From an uncultured Clostridia bacterium (lineage in GTDB: Bacteria; Bacillota; Clostridia; Christensenellales; CAG-314): a stretch of 64,000 nucleotides of DNA. Position numbers and translations under genes: made by a program. A model generated the notes under the pieces. The model was not told the origin of the DNA and did not search any database. It saw only the letters and a program-made list of their open reading frames with translations. Each line of letters starts with the position of its first letter. Positions within the stretch are counted from its first letter, which is position 1. This document shows positions 15,181 through 24,666 of this stretch, in pieces. The stretch lies in NCBI GenBank assembly GCA_947628135.1, contig CANQYT010000010.1, forward strand, positions 151-64,150, read 5' to 3'.

Positions 15181-16956
15181 ATGCCTGATAATATGAAAAA
15201 GAAACCAAAACACAAGTGGTATGTTGGAATAGACTTTGGAACCACCAACACTTATGTTGTTGCGTACGACGAAGAGGAAGATAAAGTGTACACAAATGAG
15301 TCTAGGTTAAAAGATACAAGCATGCAAGATCAAAATGGTAACATACCAACGGCCATCACAGTAGACATTGAACAGGGGCCAGAAAAAAAAGACGCCGAGA
15401 GGGTGCTTGTCGGGAATCGGGCGATACAAAAACCACTATTGAGAATTTTTCGCGAATTAAAAACTGTCGCAAGAACACTCACTCCTCCAAACGGGACGTT
15501 TGGTGAAGGTGAAAAAGTGGTAGAATATCCTTTTCGAAACTGTGATTTAGAAACATCGCTTCAGTTTGGAACCGATGAATACCCAATAAAAAAGAAAGTA
15601 AAAGACCTTTTGCGAGTATATTTCCAACAAATCTTCGAGGTTTTTGGAATTAATCCGGAAGATGTCGATAGCCTAGTTGTTGGTTGTCCTGCGGTCAACG
15701 GGAAAGACGGCACCAAGTATAATTATAAAGATGTATTGCAAACAACACTTCTAGAGATTTTAGGTAAGAAGGCGACCGAGGAGACCGTAAAGATTTTGCC
15801 AGAGCCCGAACTTGCCGGGGTTACATCCTTATTTGGAGATGACCCAAACAACAACGTAACTGTGCTTGTTATAGATATCGGTGGGGGTACAACAGATTTT
15901 TCTGTGCTAAAATACGCAAAGGGTACAATTAAATATGGCGTAAAGGATTCATGCAATGTTGCCGGTAACACAATAGACGATTTGATCCAAAGTTTGCTAC
16001 CTGACGATTTTCATACTAATAAGTTGTCGTGTAGACAGGCAAAAGAACAGTGTTTCAGCGAAGGGGGGAACGGCGATTTGGGCAAATACGGCGAGAAGAA
16101 ATTATCTTTGTCATATGAATGGCGCAAAGACGAGAAAGACTATATCTCTCTTGAACAAGGTGCTTTGTATCTTGATGGTAACCTGAAAAAAAGCGGTAAT
16201 GGTATCGAAAAACAAGTTTTTGAGAAAATAGGGAACAAACTTGATAGTGTGTTGGACAAACATAAAGGAGATCCAATCAACAGGGTGTTTTTTGTTGGCG
16301 GCTCGTCAGCGATTCCCCAATTGATTGAATACTTGAAAAAGAAATTGACGCATTCTGAAAAAGTGGATTACAAAGTTGGTTTCGAAACAATGTTTGGACA
16401 AAACCAGAGAACAATTGCGGTTCCTGGCGGGGAATCTATTACAGTCACAAACTATAATGCGGTGGCGATTGGTGCATTTATACAAGCCGCCACTGATTAC
16501 AAATGTATTGTTATGCCTAAGATAACATTGGCATGGCCGGGGATGTATAAACAATGTCAATCTAAAAGTACAAAGAATAAATTGCTCTTTGTGGGCAACA
16601 AGTATGTTGAAGCACAATATGCTGTTTTCGAGCCGAACAAGGAATGGTTTGGACTTGGTGAAGAGAGTTTAAAAAAAAACAATATAATTTCATGGACGGT
16701 TGAAAATGGAGAAGAAACGGTTGTTTATAACTATCTAATAGATATCAATCAACTTAAGAAATGCACATTAAGCGGTGAAAGGGGTACTCTTATAATTTTA
16801 AGCCTTAACAAGGAAAGTGCAGAATGTGTAGTGTATGGGTGTAAAAAGCCGTCCCAGTCAACGCTGGGTGAATATGTAAAATCAAATGGGATAGATAAGG
16901 CTCGTTGGCCCGAATCAGGGCCAAAAGCAATAGAATACAAACTTGAAAAAATATAG
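15181..16956 (+). CDS. Hsp70/actin-fold (ASKHA) ATPase, DnaK-NBD-like, with divergent C-terminal domain
   Basis: Phosphate-1 motif WYVGIDFGTTNTYVVAY, phosphate-2 motif VLVIDIGGGTTDFSVL, adenosine motif VFFVGGSSAIPQLIEYLKK. No canonical DnaK substrate-binding domain recognised. Confidence 0.82.
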   Translation: MPDNMKKKPKHKWYVGIDFGTTNTYVVAYDEEEDKVYTNESRLKDTSMQDQNGNIPTAITVDIEQGPEKKDAERVLVGNRAIQKPLLRIFRELKTVARTLTPPNGTFGEGEKVVEYPFRNCDLETSLQFGTDEYPIKKKVKDLLRVYFQQIFEVFGINPEDVDSLVVGCPAVNGKDGTKYNYKDVLQTTLLEILGKKATEETVKILPEPELAGVTSLFGDDPNNNVTVLVIDIGGGTTDFSVLKYAKGTIKYGVKDSCNVAGNTIDDLIQSLLPDDFHTNKLSCRQAKEQCFSEGGNGDLGKYGEKKLSLSYEWRKDEKDYISLEQGALYLDGNLKKSGNGIEKQVFEKIGNKLDSVLDKHKGDPINRVFFVGGSSAIPQLIEYLKKKLTHSEKVDYKVGFETMFGQNQRTIAVPGGESITVTNYNAVAIGAFIQAATDYKCIVMPKITLAWPGMYKQCQSKSTKNKLLFVGNKYVEAQYAVFEPNKEWFGLGEESLKKNNIISWTVENGEETVVYNYLIDINQLKKCTLSGERGTLIILSLNKESAECVVYGCKKPSQSTLGEYVKSNGIDKARWPESGPKAIEYKLEKI

Positions 16957-16964
16957 GAGAAAAA

Positions 16965-18089
16965 ATGGATAGAAATGACATCAGCGTGTTTACGCCAAAA
17001 GAGGCACCCGAGTACAAAATTGACAAAATAACGAAGGCCATACGTGAAGGGCTGCAAATTTCCCCAAGCGATAACTTTGATGAAGATTTAAACAGCATAA
17101 AAAATCAACTTTGTGCGTTGAATAAAAAGATTGAACAGCTCTCACCAAACACGGATATTTCGGCATTTGAGAAAAACGCGGATGTTTCTTCGTTGCAAGA
17201 TTACGCGGAGTTGGTGAAAAATTACGAATATCTCGCCGCGCAAGTTGCTGGGTTATATGAGGAAATCAGAACTATTCAAGCAGATATCAAGTCATTTGCA
17301 AAGAAAACAGAGATTAAATCCTTGCAAGCACAGTATATCATACTGCGTGGCCAAATTGACAAATTGAATAAAGAAATCAAAACAATTCCAACGGAAAGCA
17401 CATCATTTGCGAAAGAAACCGATGTTTCTTCATTGAACGGTCGTGTTGTTGAACTCGAAGAACAAGTAGGAAAAAACCATTCTGATTTGGAGAATAAACT
17501 CCAAGAATTGTCTCAAAAAATTAATGGTTTCCACAACGGCACCTCCGCGCAAGACACATCGCCGGAAACGGGCAAATCGCGATTATTCGGAAAATATATT
17601 TTCATTTGTGCTATATTGCTTTTCAACATATTGGCGACATCCATTATTATATGCTGTCCAAGATATTTGGGCGAGGTCGATCCGTTGCCTTGGTTTGGCA
17701 TTATACTTCTGATTGCATGTTTGATTCTCAATATTGTTGGGTCGGGCATTTGGCTTTATGAATATTACTTATCCGAAGAATATATCATGAAGAAGGGAAA
17801 CATCATATTTACAATTGTTGTTGAGGGGACATTGTTGGTTCTCAATACCGTGGTGATGTGGTTATTCGCATCTAATCCGTTGCAGGGAATTACAGGGGCA
17901 TCCATTGCGTTGACAGTGGCGTTGGTGTGTGCCAATTTTGCTATGCTTATGTTGCGGGTGCTGTATATTCTTGATGAGCATACCTTTTTCGATGTTACGC
18001 TTGATCGTTCCAGTTTAGCCATGAATATATGCGGCGCATTATGTGCGGTGGCAACAGTTATTGCACTGATCTTTGCAACGGCAGCATAA
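16965..18089 (+). CDS. coiled-coil N-domain fused to a polytopic (4-5 TM) membrane domain
   Basis: AGGAGA RBS. N-terminal half has three related segments (DISAFEKNADVSSLQDY, IKSFAKKTEIKSLQAQY, STSFAKETDVSSLNGRV). C-terminal half is strongly hydrophobic. Confidence 0.75.
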   Translation: MDRNDISVFTPKEAPEYKIDKITKAIREGLQISPSDNFDEDLNSIKNQLCALNKKIEQLSPNTDISAFEKNADVSSLQDYAELVKNYEYLAAQVAGLYEEIRTIQADIKSFAKKTEIKSLQAQYIILRGQIDKLNKEIKTIPTESTSFAKETDVSSLNGRVVELEEQVGKNHSDLENKLQELSQKINGFHNGTSAQDTSPETGKSRLFGKYIFICAILLFNILATSIIICCPRYLGEVDPLPWFGIILLIACLILNIVGSGIWLYEYYLSEEYIMKKGNIIFTIVVEGTLLVLNTVVMWLFASNPLQGITGASIALTVALVCANFAMLMLRVLYILDEHTFFDVTLDRSSLAMNICGALCAVATVIALIFATAA

Positions 18090-18248
18090 TGATAGCACGT
18101 CGCCTGAGTTTATCTATGCTCTTTAGCTTACAAAAATTAGGCGCAAAAAGTTTAAGATGTTTTGGAAACTAGCGATCTACAACAAGGTTCTAAGTTACAA
18201 AACAGTTTGTACAAATGAAATGAACGATTTTAAAAGGAGAGTAAATCA

Positions 18249-18965
18249 ATGACCATCAGTACACAAAAAATAAAAAATCTGTTGCAACGCGAGGCAGTGG
18301 AAAGCGAAAACGAGGGGCAATATATGCTTCGTGCGAACTCAAAGTTGAAGCAAATTTTACACGATGCAGCGAGCGATTCATCCGACGTTGCGGCGGTTCA
18401 GACAATACGATCCTTTGTCGAGACGGACAAGGTAAGCAAGCGGAGGTTGTTGGCATATTGTGCAAATTTTGTTGATCCCACATCATCACACACACAAACT
18501 AACGCCCGTGATACACAAGTATGCTTGCACACATATTTGCAAAAGAGCGAACTATACAAATTGGTGGATTTTATCAACTTACATAGGCACGACACCACTT
18601 TTGGCGAGACCGTATACAACTTGATGAATCAACACGGAATGACCGCTCCGCAGGTGTACAAAAACGCGATGTTACGACGGCAGGATTTTGCGCGAGCAAC
18701 GGCTTTTGAAGGAGATTACAATGTTACGAAGCGTGTTGCTTGGCAAATAATCATCGGGTTGCATTGTAATTTGCAAGAAGCGGACGCCGTTTTATTCAGC
18801 GCGGGTTATTTGCGTCGTAAAAACGACGTGGATCTAATTATGGAGTACTTTATCAGTAGAGAAAACTATGATATTGCAGCAATTAACGCTGTTTTGTCCG
18901 ATCTGCAATTAAAAGAATTTCCGTGCTATGAGCCAAACAGACGAGGCGACCCATCACTCAAGTAA
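18249..18965 (+). CDS. putative HTH (XRE-like) DNA-binding protein
   Basis: AAGGAGAG RBS. The segment FGETVYNLMNQHGMTAPQVYKNAMLRRQDFARA...VAWQIIIGLHCNLQEADAVLFSAGY resembles a common Firmicutes HTH family (F.E.L..LI...GM.....YK.A...R..FSKI). Followed by a terminator. Confidence 0.6.
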   Translation: MTISTQKIKNLLQREAVESENEGQYMLRANSKLKQILHDAASDSSDVAAVQTIRSFVETDKVSKRRLLAYCANFVDPTSSHTQTNARDTQVCLHTYLQKSELYKLVDFINLHRHDTTFGETVYNLMNQHGMTAPQVYKNAMLRRQDFARATAFEGDYNVTKRVAWQIIIGLHCNLQEADAVLFSAGYLRRKNDVDLIMEYFISRENYDIAAINAVLSDLQLKEFPCYEPNRRGDPSLK

Positions 18966-19022
18966 AATATACGAAACAAATAGGATGTAAAATATAGACA
19001 TTTACTTGGAAAAATAAATTTT

Positions 19023-19052
19023 GACGGAGTTAGTTACTCCGTCTTTATTTTT
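19023..19052 (+). terminator. intrinsic terminator ending island operon 1
   Basis: GACGGAGT-tagtt-ACTCCGTC stem followed by TTTATTTTT. Confidence 0.75.
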
Positions 19053-19410
19053 GTCGCAAAAATTGTGCCCGAATATAGCCTCATTATCTGTTACAATCGA
19101 TATATAAAAATCGAATAACATAAACCTCGGAAATAAAAGTGGCTATTTAATGGCGTTTTGTCTGACGAGGGCAATTGCGAGCCGATAACATTGACGGATC
19201 TTACCCGGATACATTTTTTGAACTATTGAAATCGCTTGATAAAACGTGGAATGTATCTATGCTGAGGTGTCGGTATTTGAGCGGATACCGATACGATGGA
19301 CGATAGGGTATATGCTCTTTATAGCAGCGAGTTGATGGTTGCCGATTATATATTGGGCAGAATGGTTCGCTCGCTTGATATGTATCAAATAAAAACGCAA
19401 AGGAGAAAAA

Positions 19411-19974
19411 ATGGCTAATAACACAGAACCGTTTTCTTGGGAGTATTCACTTCAACACAACACCGTCAATATTTTCGGCACGATTGACGATGCAAAGGCG
19501 GAATTAATCATTGCCCAATTGCAGTATCTGGATAGCAAGGGCGCAAATGAGATCGTTGTACAAATAAACAGCCCCGGCGGAAGCGTATCGGCAGGGTTCG
19601 CTATTTACGACACCATTAATTACGTCAAGGCACGTATCGTCACCGTGGGGATAGGTATGTGCGCCAGTATGGGGGCATTTCTTCTCTCGGCGGGGAGTAA
19701 AGGCTGTCGTAGGGCTACGGAAAACTGTGAAATATTGATTCACCAACCGCTTGGGGGTGTAAGTGGACAGGCATCCGATATGATTATTGCAGCCGATCAT
19801 ATCAAGCGTATGCGGGATCATATAAATCGTATTCTTGCCGTTAATACGGGACAAACAGTAACGAAAATCAAAAAGGATACGGACCGCGATAAAATTATGA
19901 CTGCGCGTGAGGCCCTTGAATATGGGCTCATCGACAACATTATTATGTCCGTCAACAAAGCACAAGGAGAATAG
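19411..19974 (+). CDS. clpP: ATP-dependent Clp protease proteolytic subunit (island-encoded paralog)
   Basis: Classic ClpP sequence. Catalytic contexts: GMCASMGAFLLSAG (Ser), ILIHQPLGG (His), DTDRDKIMTAREALEYGLID (Asp region). Confidence 0.93.
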   Translation: MANNTEPFSWEYSLQHNTVNIFGTIDDAKAELIIAQLQYLDSKGANEIVVQINSPGGSVSAGFAIYDTINYVKARIVTVGIGMCASMGAFLLSAGSKGCRRATENCEILIHQPLGGVSGQASDMIIAADHIKRMRDHINRILAVNTGQTVTKIKKDTDRDKIMTAREALEYGLIDNIIMSVNKAQGE

Positions 19975-19977
19975 TTT

Positions 19978-21621
19978 ATGAACAACAGTCTTTATGAATT
20001 GTTTTTGACTGAGTACTTCAAACAGGTCGCAGCACTTGGACCGTTCTGCGGCAAAAGAGCATTTGATTTTCTCGCGAAAGTCTTTCTGTTGCCGCGAGAG
20101 ACAGGGGACGCGTTGTGGCAAGCGGTGGAGCAAGAGACTGTCGCCGATGTCGTAACATTGGAAGATTCCAATCGATTTAAGCGTATTTTGCAACTTGGTT
20201 CGATAAACGGTATTCCCCTCAACGTCTCGGAGCAGAATATTCGAATGGTTTCCATAAAAAGCAGTGCCATTGCGGAAATGTCTGCTATCGATATGTGTGC
20301 GGAACGAAACGTCACCGTATCCCAAGTACTGCAAAATTTACATAGTCACGCATCACAATGTTACGTAAGCGCAATGTATATTTGGGGCACAATGCAATGT
20401 GATGGAAACGCGGCATTGTCAGTAGACAAGCGTTTCGAAAAAGGCGTGACTGATATTGAAAAAGCCGCACACTGGGGCTATATTCCTGCAATACTAACAA
20501 TACTTTATTATCTGAGTAACGGAGATAAGTATCCTGTGAATCAAATCGGACACTCATCGGAATATTATCAAAAGTTACTCTATACATTTGCTGTCAACTC
20601 CCCATATTGTGATTTGCTGTCGGCGTTAAATTTAAAGCAGAGTAAACAATCTCAAAGCGCGCAATTGCTTTTGGGGCTAATTGCACAACGGAAAATAAAG
20701 GCGGAGATTTTCGACAAGTCCATTGCCAAAGTTGTGTACGGAGACACGATAGACATTGTCGCAAAAGAAAAGTTGTTGTCAGATGCCGACGTAAAGATCA
20801 TATCGGAGATGGCGATTTTGCCAATGCATTTATTGCGAGGAACTTATGAGATAGGAGCGGGCTTTTTTTCGTCGCTGCCATTTATCAATCGAGACGTCGA
20901 ACAAAACGTGTTGCGTGGCGAACTCAATCATTTGGGGGATTTCTTTTTTGAGCAGAGAAAACCTCTCTGTCTTTGTTGTGAGGATAAATTCGTTTTGGAT
21001 GCGTACAGACAAGGATTCGAGAAAATGGAAATAGACAATCCAAAACCGCAACACGTCGTAACGATCGATGTCGGTGAGTTGTCCGATGAAGATCTGCAAC
21101 AGAATGCAGACAACATATTTGTTGCCAATTGCAAAAACAACGCACACAACGTTTATTTGTTCGTTTTGCAAGGGAACGTCTCGTCCGACAAAATCAACGC
21201 AGTCAAGTTTTTTTTAAAAAGCAACAAGCGAGCAAAGTTCAAACTCAATAAACCGTCAGTCACATTGGACTTAAGTCCTATCGTTCCAATATGTTTTTGT
21301 GACAAACAAAATGCCAATAAGCTTTCAGGTTTCGTCAACACGCAAATGGTGGCGACTCTATCTGTGGAAGAGCGCAAACGTATACTGAAACAGAGGATAC
21401 AAGATGTCAATCGCAGATTTAAGGAAGTATCAAGGCGTGTTGTCGACAGTGACATCGACCTGCTGTCTCGCCATCCGTTGGATATCGCCTTGATGGCGTT
21501 GGACAAGTTGTATTCAGAATGTTCCTGCAGCGATGAAAAAGATTTGAAAGGGATCGCTTTCTATATCGCGGAAGTTGAAAAATATCACAACGGTAATCGC
21601 GGTTATGGTTTTGGAGGTTAA
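19978..21621 (+). CDS. hypothetical protein with Sel1-like repeat region; C-terminal half possibly a degenerate AAA+-like fold
   Basis: AAGGAGA RBS. Sel1-like segment YVSAMYIWGTMQCDG...DIEKAAHWGYIPAILTILYYLSNGDKY. C-terminal region (VYLFVLQGNV...LSVEERKRILKQRI) has no Walker A. The fold call is speculative. Confidence 0.6.
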   Translation: MNNSLYELFLTEYFKQVAALGPFCGKRAFDFLAKVFLLPRETGDALWQAVEQETVADVVTLEDSNRFKRILQLGSINGIPLNVSEQNIRMVSIKSSAIAEMSAIDMCAERNVTVSQVLQNLHSHASQCYVSAMYIWGTMQCDGNAALSVDKRFEKGVTDIEKAAHWGYIPAILTILYYLSNGDKYPVNQIGHSSEYYQKLLYTFAVNSPYCDLLSALNLKQSKQSQSAQLLLGLIAQRKIKAEIFDKSIAKVVYGDTIDIVAKEKLLSDADVKIISEMAILPMHLLRGTYEIGAGFFSSLPFINRDVEQNVLRGELNHLGDFFFEQRKPLCLCCEDKFVLDAYRQGFEKMEIDNPKPQHVVTIDVGELSDEDLQQNADNIFVANCKNNAHNVYLFVLQGNVSSDKINAVKFFLKSNKRAKFKLNKPSVTLDLSPIVPICFCDKQNANKLSGFVNTQMVATLSVEERKRILKQRIQDVNRRFKEVSRRVVDSDIDLLSRHPLDIALMALDKLYSECSCSDEKDLKGIAFYIAEVEKYHNGNRGYGFGG

Positions 21622-21627
21622 AACGCA

Positions 21628-23328
21628 ATGAGGTTCTCAAATGAAATTATTCAGGGGTATGAAAACACCGAACTTAAACACTATGGCCAGTTACTGGCAA
21701 ACTCGCCACAATTAGTGCCGTATAGCGATCTCGCGAGTAGAGAGATCACCGGCGCATTAAAAGCGTGCTTTCGCATCGATAATGACCTGTATCTGATGTT
21801 TTCCAATGGAGATATGCACGTTGCAGTCGTAGCAACTACCGGCGGCGGAAAAACAACACAATATGTTTTTCCAACTATTCTCGCGTTTGCTCATGCACAC
21901 ACCAAACGCTCTCTTGTTATATCCGATCCAAAAGGTGAGGCGTATCGAACGACTGCAATCACTTTGCGCAATGAGGGATATGATGTTCTTTTGGTCAATT
22001 ACAGAGATTTTCTTTATAGTGAGTGTTTTAATCCGCTGACGCACATTTTTGATAAATATATGCGCGTTCATAATCTTGAAGACGAAGTTGATGTGGTGGA
22101 AACCGCCAATGGGTTCAGAAATAAGTTTATGGGGGTGATATACGAGTCGCAAAGGGAACTTGACAAGGCTGTTGCGCGTATGAAAAAACTTCTTGAAGAG
22201 GACGTCGCTAACGATATTGACACAATTGCCACAATTTATGTCGCAATTGAAAATTCGCGCGATCCTTATTGGCATGAGGCGGCTCGCGATCTTTTGAAAG
22301 CATGTATTTGGGCTATGTTGGAGGATATAGATCCGCAGCAAGAGGGTGTCGAACCAATCACAAGAGATACATTCAGTTTTCGAACGATGTTATCCATTAT
22401 GGATAATCTTGTGGACGATGACGGAGATCATTATAGAGACGGGGGCTATTTTTCCGATCGCCCGGCAAATTCACGAGCGTATATGTTTGCCAAAAATACC
22501 ATTTTGGAAAACGGTCGTCCGACTCGCAAATGTATTGTGAGTATGCTCAATACGGCGTTGTCCGTATTCAAAACAAGCACAATAAAATTGCTGACGAGTT
22601 GCAACAGTTTTGATTTGGATGTGCTTACAAACAGCAATCGGCCCGTAGCAATTTTTATTGACTATAAAGATGAAGACAGAACTCACTACAAAGTAATCAG
22701 TGCATTTATACAGTCGGTTTATATGCACTTGATTCAATATGCCAACAGCCAACCCACAGGCAAATTGAATATCCCGTTTTACTTCATTTTGGATGAGTTT
22801 GGCAATTTCCCGATCATAAACGACTTCGACACGGTGATCTCAGCCGCACGTGGACGCAACATCTATTTTATACTGGTATTACAGTCTTGGGCGCAGTTGG
22901 AAAATATTTACGGACGTAATACGGCAGAGATAATCAAGGACAATCTGAATTTGCATATATTTATCGGGAGCAACAACCCACCGACAATTGAGGCGTTTTC
23001 CAGAGAATGCGGGTTGACAACAAGGTTTTCCCCAACCAGTGCACTCAGCGGACGTGGTGGTGAAATAGAGAATTATCAAATAGAAACTATTCCGCTTGTT
23101 CCTCAAAGTAACTTAACAAAACTTCAGGTTGGAGAAGCCATAGTAACAGAAGCCAAATGCGGATATGTAATGCTCTCTAAGTTGGAACGACACTATCTTT
23201 GTGCCGAGTTTGAAGGTTTGCCTACTGCGGATTATAAAAATTATAAGTGCAAATTGAGCCCGCTGGATGATAAGTATGAATACCATTTTACGCCTCGCAA
23301 AAAGTTCAGACGGCAATTTTTTGGCTAA
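21628..23328 (+). CDS. TraG/VirD4/TraD-family type IV coupling-protein-like ATPase, lacking N-terminal TM segments
   Basis: Walker A VAVVATTGGGKTTQYVFPT. Also SLVISDPKGEAY, CFNPL, Walker B FYFILDEFGNFP and ILVLQSWAQLENIYG, which are typical of T4CPs. No hydrophobic N-terminus. Confidence 0.85.
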   Translation: MRFSNEIIQGYENTELKHYGQLLANSPQLVPYSDLASREITGALKACFRIDNDLYLMFSNGDMHVAVVATTGGGKTTQYVFPTILAFAHAHTKRSLVISDPKGEAYRTTAITLRNEGYDVLLVNYRDFLYSECFNPLTHIFDKYMRVHNLEDEVDVVETANGFRNKFMGVIYESQRELDKAVARMKKLLEEDVANDIDTIATIYVAIENSRDPYWHEAARDLLKACIWAMLEDIDPQQEGVEPITRDTFSFRTMLSIMDNLVDDDGDHYRDGGYFSDRPANSRAYMFAKNTILENGRPTRKCIVSMLNTALSVFKTSTIKLLTSCNSFDLDVLTNSNRPVAIFIDYKDEDRTHYKVISAFIQSVYMHLIQYANSQPTGKLNIPFYFILDEFGNFPIINDFDTVISAARGRNIYFILVLQSWAQLENIYGRNTAEIIKDNLNLHIFIGSNNPPTIEAFSRECGLTTRFSPTSALSGRGGEIENYQIETIPLVPQSNLTKLQVGEAIVTEAKCGYVMLSKLERHYLCAEFEGLPTADYKNYKCKLSPLDDKYEYHFTPRKKFRRQFFG

Positions 23329-23613
23329 TCCGGGCGGGAGGTAACCAGGCAGGATACTTGTGGGCATTGTGCGGTAAATCAAACAATGATTTAATTGCCC
23401 AATGACTGAATTGTTAAGTAAAGACTATAAATTAAAACTTCCTGCTTTTGGTAATTACAAATTCGATTTGTCAAACTTTGCGCTAAGCAAAAGCCTAATG
23501 GACATTTACTCAACGTGTGTTCGTGCCGCAAAAGAAGTTATACGTACAAGTTCGCGGTGTAAGTATTTCGTGAATTTGCGGCACTCCAAAATATAACATC
23601 AGGAGAATACAAA

Positions 23614-24666
23614 ATGACCGGAAAAATAAATTTAATGCAAGAATTATTGAAGCGCAAAACTTTTTCCATTCCTATGGTTCAAAAAGAACTCGGCATAAGT
23701 TATAAGGAACTGCGTAACAACGTGAAAAATATGGAAGAAATGGGGCAGGTAACTTTGACTGATGATGATTTGAACTATATCGTTGTTAATGAACCCCAAA
23801 TCAAATTCAAATCGTCGAAAAATAACTGTGCGACTAACAGCGTGAACAATCGCTATTCTCAATCGGAGAAATCAAAGTCGGATTTATCAATATGGCTCTG
23901 TGATGATGAGGATGAGGAGGACGATGAGGATGAGGAGGACGATGAAGATGATGAGGATTGTGATGACGACCAAAACACGCTCGACGAAACAATCAGCCGT
24001 CGTCGCCGTGAAATTCTTGAACGCCTTGCTCGATTAAATGAAGAAGATGAGGAAGATAGCGATTCCGATAAAACGAGTTGTCAGTTGAAAGATGACGGCA
24101 ACCGATTGGCTGAATATGTTTCCGAAGAAAAAAACTGTAAGATGATAGACGGTATAAATTATTTCGATGATGTGAATAAGGCCAAAAAAATAATAGATAA
24201 AATTGGAAAAAGCGGATATAAACTAACGCTCAGAGCTATTCAATATGGTACAGCAACGACAAGATATGTTTTTCATTACCCTACGCAAGATCAAAATATA
24301 AAGGACATAAGCCGACTCACTGCGGATGTTGGTTCGACAATTAAGGCAGACAATGTAAGAATCGTTGCACCTTGGTATGGAGATATGGTTTGTGTTTTAG
24401 TACAGCACAATGTCACGTTTGATTCTTTTAGCAAAAAAGCCCTTCTTTATTGGGTTATGCGCAACAGCGGTCGAGTCTCAATTTCGTCATTACAGCGTGG
24501 TTTGGGTATTGGGTTTAACCGAGCCGGCAGGATAATGGAACATTTGCAAAAAATCGGTTGTGTCGAACAGTTGTCATCACGCGATGATATTTCCAAACCC
24601 ATAAATGTAAAAATGACAGTACAGGAAATCAATATTTTGTTTCCCGGATCGCTGGGGTGGCGTTGA
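23614..24666 (+). CDS. FtsK-like protein with alpha and gamma domains but no motor (beta) ATPase domain; N-terminal wHTH and poly-acidic tract
   Basis: AGGAGAA RBS. Acidic run DDEDEEDDEDEEDDEDDEDCDDD. FtsK-alpha-like YGTATTRYVFHYPTQDQNIKDISRLTADVGSTIKADNVRIVAPWYGDMVCVLV. Gamma signature ISSLQRGLGIGFNRAGRIMEHLQKIGCVE. No P-loop. Confidence 0.8.
   Translation: MTGKINLMQELLKRKTFSIPMVQKELGISYKELRNNVKNMEEMGQVTLTDDDLNYIVVNEPQIKFKSSKNNCATNSVNNRYSQSEKSKSDLSIWLCDDEDEEDDEDEEDDEDDEDCDDDQNTLDETISRRRREILERLARLNEEDEEDSDSDKTSCQLKDDGNRLAEYVSEEKNCKMIDGINYFDDVNKAKKIIDKIGKSGYKLTLRAIQYGTATTRYVFHYPTQDQNIKDISRLTADVGSTIKADNVRIVAPWYGDMVCVLVQHNVTFDSFSKKALLYWVMRNSGRVSISSLQRGLGIGFNRAGRIMEHLQKIGCVEQLSSRDDISKPINVKMTVQEINILFPGSLGWR

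Noticed and set aside
19411-23328. Reading ClpP plus the large ATPase as a phage prohead protease plus terminase (prophage hypothesis)
   Set aside because: The ATPase has TraG/VirD4 motifs rather than terminase motifs. No portal, capsid, tail or lysis genes are recognisable in the island.
23402-23596. 64-aa ORF between the T4CP-like gene and the FtsK alpha+gamma gene
   Set aside because: It has no convincing RBS, no recognisable motif and is short. It could be real, since the intergenic gap would otherwise be about 285 bp, but the evidence is insufficient to call it.
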